64,000 bases of DNA, from assembly GCA_026986575.1 (NCBI GenBank), contig JALSOH010000004.1, positions 416,001 through 480,000 on the forward strand, written 5' to 3'. The translations under genes were made by a program, and so were the position numbers. Positions 47,428-55,986 of the stretch are shown here, one piece after another (the first letter of the stretch is position 1; every line of letters starts with the position of its first letter). The stretch is from Thermoproteota archaeon (GTDB taxonomy: Archaea; Korarchaeota; Korarchaeia; Korarchaeales; Korarchaeaceae). The notes below the pieces were generated by a model that saw only the letters and a program-made list of their open reading frames with translations, did no database searches and was not told the origin of the DNA.

Positions 47428-48393
47428 TTAACCCACCTCTATCCTCGCCCCCTCCCCGGCGACCCTCGCTGTGAACACCATCTCTGCGACAGGTTCCAGC
47501 TCCCTAATTAGGGAGGATGGTCGGGGATGCAAGATAACGACGCAGCCTCCTCCTCCCGCTCCGGATAGCTTGGCTCCATAGGAGCCGCTCTCTCTCGCCT
47601 TCCAGACTATTCTCTCTATCTCCCAGCTACTCACTCCTAGGGAGTAGAGCAGGCCTTGATCGACATTCATAAGGGTTCCTAGGAGCTCATAATCCTCGGC
47701 CATAATAGCCTCCCTTCCCCTGACAACCAGCTCAGATATAGCCCTGACCACGGAGTCCCTCACTCCGGGCAACATAGATCCCAAGGTGCTTACCCTCTCG
47801 ATCATCTCCTTGGTCGGGCTAGGCTTTCCAGTACAAGCCATAACTAGGGGGACATCCTTGAATCCCAAGCTGCTAGCCGTCATGACATCGCCCGTCCACT
47901 CCACCCATATGATCCCGCCCATGACTGCGCATGCCGGTCCCGTCTTGCTGGCCTTGCCGTGTATGATCCTTTCAAAGAGATACACGGATTCTAAGAGCTC
48001 TTCCTCACTCATTCCCAGCTCAAATAGGCCATCGATCGATTTGGAGATGGATGCCGCTACTGAGGCGGAGGAAGCCATTCCACTCCCAATGGGGACCTCA
48101 GATCTTATCTCCAGCTCGACCCCCGACCTCACATCATATCTTTCTAGGATGCCCTTGACACCTCTCGCTACCCTCTCCAGTTCTGGATTAATCGTCAAAA
48201 TGGAACGATCCCTCTCCTCGTAGACTCCTAGGAGATGAGACTTTATCCTCAGATGCCCCTTTTCCAACTCCTTAGCGGTAGAGAATGATCTCCTATCAAC
48301 GCTCAAGGCTAAAGCAGGGGATCTATATAACACCGCATGCTCTCCCATGAGGAAAGCTTGGGAAGGGGCTGATGCTGTTACCGTTCCTCTCAT
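47428..48393 (-). CDS. GHMP kinase, mevalonate kinase-like (atypical active site)
   Basis: SAP....MGEHAVLY, PIGSGMASSAS, E.IIHG, AKLSGAGGGG. Confidence 0.8.
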   Translation of the reverse strand: MRGTVTASAPSQAFLMGEHAVLYRSPALALSVDRRSFSTAKELEKGHLRIKSHLLGVYEERDRSILTINPELERVARGVKGILERYDVRSGVELEIRSEVPIGSGMASSASVAASISKSIDGLFELGMSEEELLESVYLFERIIHGKASKTGPACAVMGGIIWVEWTGDVMTASSLGFKDVPLVMACTGKPSPTKEMIERVSTLGSMLPGVRDSVVRAISELVVRGREAIMAEDYELLGTLMNVDQGLLYSLGVSSWEIERIVWKARESGSYGAKLSGAGGGGCVVILHPRPSSLIRELEPVAEMVFTARVAGEGARIEVG

Positions 48394-48855
48394 CTGGGGA
48401 GGAGTCTAGTACATCGTAATTATCGTTATGCTTTTAATGAAAAGTTCAACACATAAGACCGCTCCTCGGCCGCTCACATATCTTCGTACGTACAACGACT
48501 ATCACACAAATTACATTGATACACACCTCACAATAATCAGAACTTTTCTAAATTTAGACATCTCGAATAAAATTATGTTCTAAATATACTCGCTATAAAT
48601 CATATAAAGAGATATACGTAATATTATAAATCAATTTTAACTATATAATTCGTAGAAACTGGAGTAAAGATCATGTATTTTTAATTATACAGTTACATAA
48701 TAAAAGCAATTATTAGCAGGAATCGACGTTTATTGATATATTATTTATATTATTTGGATAAAAAACATCTATTTACCTCAAGAAACGCGGTTAAAGGAGC
48801 TAAAATTCCCAGTATAGACTTATATTTGCAAGGAGGTGGATAACTGGGTGAGAGA
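48394..48855. other. Long, strongly AT-rich intergenic region between divergent genes
   Basis: Hand count gives 51 G+C in 240 nt (about 21%) for 48541-48780, against roughly half G+C in flanking CDS. No ORF in the track. Confidence 0.8.
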
Positions 48856-49965
48856 ATGCCGAAGGTGAAAGTGGCAATTGCCGGTGTAGGTAATGTGGCC
48901 TCCGCCTTAGTTCAAGGCGTATTCAAATACAGAGATGTCGACGACGATATGGATGTCCCTGGGCTGATGCACGTCAGGTTCGGACCGTACCACATTGCAG
49001 ACATAGAGTTCGTGGCCGCCTTCGATGTGGACGAGAGGAAGATAGGGAAAGACCTCTCCGAGGCCATATTTTCTAAGCCGAACAACTTGGAGAAGTTCGC
49101 TGATGTTCCGAGACTTGGAGTCGAGGTCTTGAAGGGAACGGTACTCGACGGCGTGGCTCCCCACATGAGGGACTTCAGATACGGGGAGGGCTTCCTCGTT
49201 GATGACTCTAGGCCGAGCGTAAGTGTGGCTGATGTGCTCAAGGAGACTGGTGCCGATGTCTTAGTTAACCTCATACCCGTAGGCAGCTACGAGGCGAGCA
49301 GGGCCTATGCCTCAGCAGCTCTGGAAGCCGGGACGGGATTCATAAACGGGATACCCGAGTTTATAGTCAGCGATCCGGAGTGGGCAGCGAAGTTCAGGGG
49401 CAGGGGAATACCAGCAGCTGGAGACGACTTCAAGAGCCAGTTAGGGGCTACGATACTTCACAGGACCATCGCGAGGCTCGCTGTGGAAAGGGGCCTGAGG
49501 GTGCTCAATACGTACCAGCTCAATATCGGAGGAAACACGGACTTCCTGAACATGATAGAAGAGTCTAGATTGAAGACCAAGAGAGTCAGCAAGACCGAGG
49601 CTGTCACGAGCATGGTGCCATACGAAATCGGTGCTAGAGTGGGACCGAGCGACTATGTTCCCTTCTTAGGGGACAGGAAGGTGATGTACATGTTCATGGA
49701 GGCTGAACAGTTTGGCGGGTTCAAGGTGTACATAGATGTGAAACTGAGCGTGATGGATTCGCCTAACGCAGCGGGTGTGGCCATAGACGCTATAAGGGCA
49801 GTAAAGCTTGCCATGGACAGGGGGATAGCGGGTCCTCTCGAAGGGGTCAGCGCGTACTTCTTCAAGCACCCGCCGAAGCAGCTCCCCGACTATGTGGCTA
49901 GGGAACTGGTGGAGGCATTCATAAGGGGTGAGGAGGTTAAGCTTAAGGAGATCACTAGAAAGTAG
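48856..49965 (+). CDS. ino1: myo-Inositol-1-phosphate synthase
   Basis: VAIAGVGN.ASALVQG, VAAFDVD..K.GKD, GDDFKSQLGAT, QLNIGGNTDFLNM, KRVSKT, DSPNAAG, YFFKHP. Confidence 0.94.
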   Translation: MPKVKVAIAGVGNVASALVQGVFKYRDVDDDMDVPGLMHVRFGPYHIADIEFVAAFDVDERKIGKDLSEAIFSKPNNLEKFADVPRLGVEVLKGTVLDGVAPHMRDFRYGEGFLVDDSRPSVSVADVLKETGADVLVNLIPVGSYEASRAYASAALEAGTGFINGIPEFIVSDPEWAAKFRGRGIPAAGDDFKSQLGATILHRTIARLAVERGLRVLNTYQLNIGGNTDFLNMIEESRLKTKRVSKTEAVTSMVPYEIGARVGPSDYVPFLGDRKVMYMFMEAEQFGGFKVYIDVKLSVMDSPNAAGVAIDAIRAVKLAMDRGIAGPLEGVSAYFFKHPPKQLPDYVARELVEAFIRGEEVKLKEITRK

Positions 49966-50197
49966 AGCCCCTCACCTCATCCAACTTCTCCCTTATTCCC
50001 TCCAACGAAAAAAACGCCCTCGCATAGACAGATCTACCTTCTCCCCTCATGTACATCCAAGAGTTATTCAAAGGGTCTATTATCACCCTTTCGTCTTCCA
50101 TCTCGGCATCTATCCTTCCATCTTTATATCTCTTTATCAAGAACCCTCTCTTCATTAAGAGATCCACGATATATTCTATATCTACCATCGAGTTCAC
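49955..50197 (-). CDS. Small hypothetical protein
   Basis: 80-aa ORF preceded by AGGAGG. Confidence 0.6.
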   Translation of the reverse strand: MNSMVDIEYIVDLLMKRGFLIKRYKDGRIDAEMEDERVIIDPLNNSWMYMRGEGRSVYARAFFSLEGIREKLDEVRGSTF

Positions 50198-50242
50198 CCC
50201 CTCCTAAACCTCCGAACGCACCCTAGGCTGCTCTATCCTAGA

Positions 50243-50884
50243 TCATTCAAACCGCCCTCTACCCTTAAAAATTCCCTCCAGGACCCCCTTTATATCAACG
50301 TATCTCTCGATTAATATTTCAAATGCCCTGTCTCTCTCACCAGTATCGACTACGAAGATCTCACCCTCCTTCATGAAGGAATAAGCAAGATATACCCTCT
50401 CCCCGATATCGAATCCCTCTTCTAATCCGAACCTCTTGGTTAGGAGCTGTAATGCTACCCTCAAGTCAGCTTTTGCCGCGCTCCTCCTAAAGGAATCGCT
50501 TTTTCCCCTTAAAACGTCTATCATCTCCCGTACAGATAATGATAGCGTCGACAGCCTAACCCTAATCTCCCTAATAGATTTCTCAAACAGGTATCTCAAT
50601 TCCTCCTGAGATAGCATATTCACGGGTAGGAGATAAGGCAAGCTAATGGGCTCATGATCAATTAAATGAGCAGGTAATGGCCTGAATAGGGCCGCGACGT
50701 GAACTACATCCTTTATGTACGATAATAGAAATTCATTCAGCAGATAATTGCCCTTCTTCGTAGAGATTACTCTAAAAGATACCCAATAACAACTCTCCCT
50801 TGGAAACTTATTCAAATGAGCGCTATTTATAGCTACCCACCACTCTGGGGCCCTCATCCTCATAAAATCAAGCACTACCTTCAC
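50243..50884 (-). CDS. Hypothetical protein
   Basis: 213-aa ORF downstream of oppF, AGGAG RBS; no motif recognised. Confidence 0.6.
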   Translation of the reverse strand: MKVVLDFMRMRAPEWWVAINSAHLNKFPRESCYWVSFRVISTKKGNYLLNEFLLSYIKDVVHVAALFRPLPAHLIDHEPISLPYLLPVNMLSQEELRYLFEKSIREIRVRLSTLSLSVREMIDVLRGKSDSFRRSAAKADLRVALQLLTKRFGLEEGFDIGERVYLAYSFMKEGEIFVVDTGERDRAFEILIERYVDIKGVLEGIFKGRGRFE

Positions 50885-50919
50885 TCCTACTAAATAAAAT
50901 AAAGATTACAGAAAATTAT

Positions 50920-51918
50920 TTAATATAAATGGCAAGCTACGAAATGATGCGGCTCGATCTCCATTAGTTCAGGTACTTTTTTATCACAAAGTTCGAATGC
51001 CTTCACACATCTTGGATGGAAACGGCATCCCGGGGGTATATTTATTGGGGATGGTACTTCGCCTTTTATTGGAATGTCTCCTATTTTGTGCCTTGGATCG
51101 GGCACCGGAACTGCACTTATCAAAGCTTGTGTGTAGGGGTGCAATGGGTTATCTATAATCTCCGTCGCGGGGCCCATCTCCACTATTTTACCTAGGTACA
51201 TTATAGCCAACCTATCGGCCACGTACTTGGCTGTGGCGAGGTCGTGTGTTATGAATAGATAGGAGAGACCCCTTTTATCCCTGAGATCCAGCATGAGATT
51301 TAGTATGGAAGCCCTTATAGACATGTCCAGCATGCTTACAGGCTCGTCAGCCACTATGAACTCGGGCTCCAGTACGAGTGCGCGGGCTATTGCAACCCTC
51401 TGCCTCTGCCCACCGCTTAACTCGTGGGGGAACCTGAATATGAAGTCTTCCGGAGGAGTTAGCCCAACTTCCTCCAAATACTTAGAGACGATCTCTCTTT
51501 TCTCGGCCTTGGTCTCTACTAGCCCATGAACTTCCAAAGGCTCGCCTACTATATCCTCCACAGTTTTTCTAGGATTTAGAGATTCATAGGGATCTTGAAA
51601 GATTATCTGAGCTTTTCTCCTGAGGAATTCCTTCATCTCTTTCTTGTCTAGCCTAGTCACATCTCTCCCTAAGAATTCAACCCTGCCTTCTGTGGGCTCT
51701 ATCAATCTGAGTATAGCTCTCCCAGTAGTCGTCTTCCCGCAACCTGATTCTCCCGCTAACGCGAAAATCTCTCCCCTCTTTATTTCGAAGTTTACTCCAT
51801 CCACAGCTTTAACGTATCTCCTCGGTCTTCTAAATGTGATATCAGATAAACTCCTTCTCAGGGGAAACCACTTTTTCAGATTCTCGACTTTAATAATTAC
51901 TTCATCACTCTGAGGCAT
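50920..51918 (-). CDS. oppF: Oligopeptide/dipeptide ABC transporter ATPase (OppF/DppF)
   Basis: GESGCGKTT, QDPYESLNP, LSGGQRQR, ADEPVSMLD, HPYT, C-terminal GCRFHPRC...C...VACH. Confidence 0.92.
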   Translation of the reverse strand: MPQSDEVIIKVENLKKWFPLRRSLSDITFRRPRRYVKAVDGVNFEIKRGEIFALAGESGCGKTTTGRAILRLIEPTEGRVEFLGRDVTRLDKKEMKEFLRRKAQIIFQDPYESLNPRKTVEDIVGEPLEVHGLVETKAEKREIVSKYLEEVGLTPPEDFIFRFPHELSGGQRQRVAIARALVLEPEFIVADEPVSMLDMSIRASILNLMLDLRDKRGLSYLFITHDLATAKYVADRLAIMYLGKIVEMGPATEIIDNPLHPYTQALISAVPVPDPRHKIGDIPIKGEVPSPINIPPGCRFHPRCVKAFELCDKKVPELMEIEPHHFVACHLY

Positions 51919-52906
51919 CCCAAGGTACCTCCCTTAATTCTTCAGCAAAATGGCATCTCACATAGTGCTCGTCTTCTATCTCCATGAGTTCTGGCTCCTC
52001 CTCAAAACACTTCTCTTTAGCGAAGGGGCATCTCGGAGCAAATCTACAGCCTCTCGGGGGATTAAGTAGGTTGGGAGGTGCGCCAGGTATGGACTTAAGT
52101 CTCCTAGGTTTTCCTTTTACGCTAGGAACTCCTGATAATAAGCCCTTAGTATAGGGATGTAGTGGATTTAAAAAAACATCTAATGCGCTTCCGAACTCTT
52201 GGAACCTGCCAGCATACATTACCGCGACCTTGTCACTCATTTCAGCGATTACTGAGACGTCATGAGAGATCAATATAAGAGATATACCAAATTTCCTCTG
52301 GAGGTCCTTTATGAGCTTCAATATTTGAGCTTGAACTATCACATCTAGAGCGGTAGTTGGTTCATCAGCAAGTAGTACGTCTGGGTTTAGTGCTAACGCC
52401 ATAGCAATCATGGCTCTCTGCCTCATTCCACCACTGAACTCAAATGGATAGTTGTTCAGCCTAGACCTGTCGATCCCAACTAGTTCTAGGAGATCTCCTG
52501 CCCTTTTCCAAGCCTCTTCCTTAGATACATCCTCGTGAAGCATTATAGCCTCTACTATCTGATCTCCTACCTTTATAATCGGATGCAGGGCATTCATTGC
52601 GCCTTGGAATACCATAGATATTCTTTTCCACCTAATTTCCTTCCTTAATCTGTCCTCAGGAAGCTTGTATATATTAATTCCATCCAGTACAACTTTGCCC
52701 TTCAATATCTTTGCGTTCTTGGGCAGGAGACGCATGAGTGTTATCGCTAGACTCGATTTACCACATCCAGACTCACCGACTATTCCCAAGCTCTCCCCTT
52801 TCTCCAAGGAGAAAGAGATACCATCAACTGCTCTGACAAATCCCCTAAAGGGAATCTCGTAATACATAGTTAAATCCTCAACCTCAAGCGCTGGCATGAG
52901 AACCAC
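51905..52906 (-). CDS. oppD: Oligopeptide/dipeptide ABC transporter ATPase (OppD/DppD)
   Basis: GESGCGKS, FQGAMNAL, FSGGMRQR, ADEPTTALD, GCRFAPRC. Confidence 0.92.
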   Translation of the reverse strand: MVLMPALEVEDLTMYYEIPFRGFVRAVDGISFSLEKGESLGIVGESGCGKSSLAITLMRLLPKNAKILKGKVVLDGINIYKLPEDRLRKEIRWKRISMVFQGAMNALHPIIKVGDQIVEAIMLHEDVSKEEAWKRAGDLLELVGIDRSRLNNYPFEFSGGMRQRAMIAMALALNPDVLLADEPTTALDVIVQAQILKLIKDLQRKFGISLILISHDVSVIAEMSDKVAVMYAGRFQEFGSALDVFLNPLHPYTKGLLSGVPSVKGKPRRLKSIPGAPPNLLNPPRGCRFAPRCPFAKEKCFEEEPELMEIEDEHYVRCHFAEELREVPWDASE

Positions 52907-53336
52907 CTCTACCAGATAGAAATATGATACCCACGGAGCGAAGAGCTATGCTCGCACCTACTACGGTGATAAGGAAAGCTGGAATTGAGAGTATTAAGTA
53001 AGGCTGCTTGGTAAAGCCTTCTTCTACCTTAATTAGGTAGTCTGTGCCGTTAACTTTCAGACGATAATTTCCCTTAGGTAATTTAAGGAATAAACTTCTA
53101 CTAATACCTGAGGTCATATTCTCATTAGTTAATGCGTAAGTCACGTAGCCCTTTCTCGACATTATCAAGAGACTACCCTCCCCCCTAAGAGTGAAATCAA
53201 TCACCTTTTCCCTGTGATACTCCCCCGCTATTATCTTCTTGGCCGTTGAAGTCGGTATCATAGATAGGAAAGCTAGGATCATTCCCGATAATATGAGGCC
53301 GAGCCCTGTAAAGAAAATCTTCCTCCCTTCATGCAC
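52884..53336 (-). CDS. Hypothetical two-TM membrane protein within the opp operon
   Basis: N- and C-terminal TM helices flank a small beta domain; tightly packed between oppC and oppD. Confidence 0.7.
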   Translation of the reverse strand: MHEGRKIFFTGLGLILSGMILAFLSMIPTSTAKKIIAGEYHREKVIDFTLRGEGSLLIMSRKGYVTYALTNENMTSGISRSLFLKLPKGNYRLKVNGTDYLIKVEEGFTKQPYLILSIPAFLITVVGASIALRSVGIIFLSGRGGSHASA

Positions 53337-53338
53337 CC

Positions 53339-54742
53339 TTATCTCCTCCTAAGCCTCGGATTCACTATCTCGTCTACTGCATATCCTATAAACACGAAAG
53401 CCATCGAGACAACGGCTATAGCTAGCCCTGGCGGGATAAACCACCACCACATACCCGAACCCAAAGCCCCTCCAGTCTGAGCCTGATTGAGTATCGCGCC
53501 CCATGTGGGAAGAGATGGATCTCCTAATCCTAAGAAGCTAAGAGCTGCTTCAGTTAATATGGCGTCCGGTATACCAAGTGCAAGGGCCGCAACTGTATAA
53601 GGCACTATGTTGGGTATTATGTGGACCAATATTATCCTCTTCCTGCTCGCCCCTATAGCCCTAGCTGCCTCCACGAAAGCCGATTCTTTAAGCTGGAGGG
53701 CTATACTCCGTGAAACCCTTGCTATACCCATCCATCCAAATATCGTAAGGAAGAGTATTATCAGCCATATAGTGGGCCTGTAAGCTATGGCAAGCACTAT
53801 CAGTATGGGTAGCTTCGGTAGAGACATTAGAATGTCCACAACTCTCATCATTGCTTCATCGGACCATCCGCCTATGTACCCTGAAGTAACTCCATATAGC
53901 AAACCGATCGCCACTCCAAGCACTGATGTCAGGACGCCTATCAGGAGAGCTATAGGCGTTCCCCAAACAAGCCCTTTAAAGAGATCTCGGCCGCTCTTAT
54001 CGGTGCCTAATAATCCGTATGCGGTGGCCCCTAATATCACCCTGAACTGCGTCACGTTAATGTTTTTACCTTGAGCAATCGCTCTCACTGTAAAGACGTA
54101 CTTACCTTTGAGGGGAACCACCTTGTTCTTCTTTAAGAGTTTCAAATCAGCGAAGGCTATTTGTATAGGAGCAGCTACCTGTATCTTATTGATATCCAAT
54201 CCCACACTGCTCAACCATTCACCAATCCTCCTCTCTACATCTGGATGCCTAGTCGCATCAATTTCTATTACAGTCCATCCCTGACTGGCATTAGAAGTAG
54301 TTGCTGTCCCAGTATAAAGCGTTATCTTCTTCCTATCTGGTCTCATAATGTAAATCTCATAGAAGGCACCCGCTCCCACAAAAGTGAGGTTGATCTTCCA
54401 CTTGACCATCGTAGGAAACTCCGTGTAACTATAGTTTATCGGTAGGAAGACTTGGATCATCGGATATCCTGATATCTTAGTGAGTTTAGTTTTGTAATTC
54501 TCTAAATATAGCTGTGGAATGGGTACTTTGCCTTGCAAGTAATAAGCCCAAGTAGGTGGAACTCCCTTAGGATTGTTGGTCCAGTAATTTACATCACTCC
54601 ATCTAGTTGGGTCCATGGGAGCTATTACAGGGGCCAATACCGATATAGAGACTATCACAACCAGTATGCCGAGTCCGAGTATTCCTATCTTTCTGTGTTT
54701 AAATTCATTCCAAAAATCCCTAATCCTTGCAGCAAATTTCAT
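53339..54742 (-). CDS. oppC: Oligopeptide ABC permease with large extracellular insert (OppC)
   Basis: LGTDKSGRD, G..SGY.GG, EAA loop FVEAARAIGAS, EAALSFLGLG, WWW..PPG, NPRLR. Confidence 0.92.
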   Translation of the reverse strand: MKFAARIRDFWNEFKHRKIGILGLGILVVIVSISVLAPVIAPMDPTRWSDVNYWTNNPKGVPPTWAYYLQGKVPIPQLYLENYKTKLTKISGYPMIQVFLPINYSYTEFPTMVKWKINLTFVGAGAFYEIYIMRPDRKKITLYTGTATTSNASQGWTVIEIDATRHPDVERRIGEWLSSVGLDINKIQVAAPIQIAFADLKLLKKNKVVPLKGKYVFTVRAIAQGKNINVTQFRVILGATAYGLLGTDKSGRDLFKGLVWGTPIALLIGVLTSVLGVAIGLLYGVTSGYIGGWSDEAMMRVVDILMSLPKLPILIVLAIAYRPTIWLIILFLTIFGWMGIARVSRSIALQLKESAFVEAARAIGASRKRIILVHIIPNIVPYTVAALALGIPDAILTEAALSFLGLGDPSLPTWGAILNQAQTGGALGSGMWWWFIPPGLAIAVVSMAFVFIGYAVDEIVNPRLRRR

Positions 54743-55818
54743 AAAGTAGCACCTCCTGCACCGAGTCTTATCCTTGGATCCACTATACCGTATAACAGAT
54801 CTGCAGTGAGATTAGCAAGCACTATCAGGATCGTAGTGAAGTACACATCTCCCATGATGACCGGTATATCTAGGGACAGTATAGCGTCCCAGTACAGTAA
54901 ACCCATTCCAGGCCAGCTGAAGACGATCTCTGTCAGTAATCCTCCAGTGAATATGCTGGCTATTGCCAATGTAACCTGCGTTAGAATGGGCGGGGCTGCC
55001 ATCTTAAGTGCATGATAGTAGATAACTTTTCTCTCAGGTACTCCCTTGGCCCGGCTTGTTGTTATGTAATCCTCCGTTAGAATGCCTATCATCAGGTTTC
55101 TAGTGACGTATGCCCAACCTCCTAGGGCCACTATTAGTATGGTCAAGACCGGTAAGAACATATGCCAAGCAAGATCCAAGGCATAACGTAGAGGCTCCTG
55201 CGGTGGTGGGACAGAAACCATTCCACCCGCCGGAAATATGGGTATCAGGTAAGCGAACAAGTAAAGAAGGACCATTCCTACCCACCAAGTTGCGAATGCA
55301 TATCCTAACAAACCTGAGAGGACTACCACCCTATCGAAGAGAGATCCCGGAGTGGCAGCAGCTTTCGCTCCTAGCAGTAACTGTAGGACAAGCAGGATGA
55401 TTGTGGAAGTACCGAACAATAAGACAGTACGCGGTATTCTTTCCAACAGTATATTAACGACCTTAGAGGATCCGCTATCACTTTTTATCACCCAGCTCGT
55501 CCCGAGATCAAAGGTCAATGTCCTCCAGAGATCACCCCATATCCTGATATACCACGGCTTATCCAACCCAAGGGCTTTGATTCTTTCCTCGATTGCTTTC
55601 TGCATGGCTCTCTTTGCTTCCTCTGGGGTTTTGTACTTTCCAAATGCCCCCCCTTTTAGTATTTGCTGCCTTACCTCCATCTCTATTTGAGCCTTGAGCT
55701 GCTGATCAACAAGAGGGCCGAACATTATCAGAGTGAGCAAAACGACTGCAATGATCACTATTACGGAGTTAACTGCTCTCAATGCTAAGTATCTTCCCAA
55801 GCCTGATGCCAACGACAC
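54739..55818 (-). CDS. oppB: Oligopeptide ABC permease (OppB)
   Basis: DLG.S, ERIPRT, EDYITTSRAKG, EIVFSWPGMG, ADLLYGIVDPRIR. Confidence 0.92.
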   Translation of the reverse strand: MSLASGLGRYLALRAVNSVIVIIAVVLLTLIMFGPLVDQQLKAQIEMEVRQQILKGGAFGKYKTPEEAKRAMQKAIEERIKALGLDKPWYIRIWGDLWRTLTFDLGTSWVIKSDSGSSKVVNILLERIPRTVLLFGTSTIILLVLQLLLGAKAAATPGSLFDRVVVLSGLLGYAFATWWVGMVLLYLFAYLIPIFPAGGMVSVPPPQEPLRYALDLAWHMFLPVLTILIVALGGWAYVTRNLMIGILTEDYITTSRAKGVPERKVIYYHALKMAAPPILTQVTLAIASIFTGGLLTEIVFSWPGMGLLYWDAILSLDIPVIMGDVYFTTILIVLANLTADLLYGIVDPRIRLGAGGATL

Positions 55819-55986
55819 ACCCTCCCATCTAGCTCACGAGCAAAGGGTTATGCGCTACCTAGATACAGCTCTTTGCTTCAATAAAAATAGTAATCACTGA
55901 TCAGTAAATCTCTTGGCTCTACAGGAAAAATGCCTTCAAAAAGGGAAATTATGGACAAATCAAAAAAAGAAAAAGGGAGATCTAAT

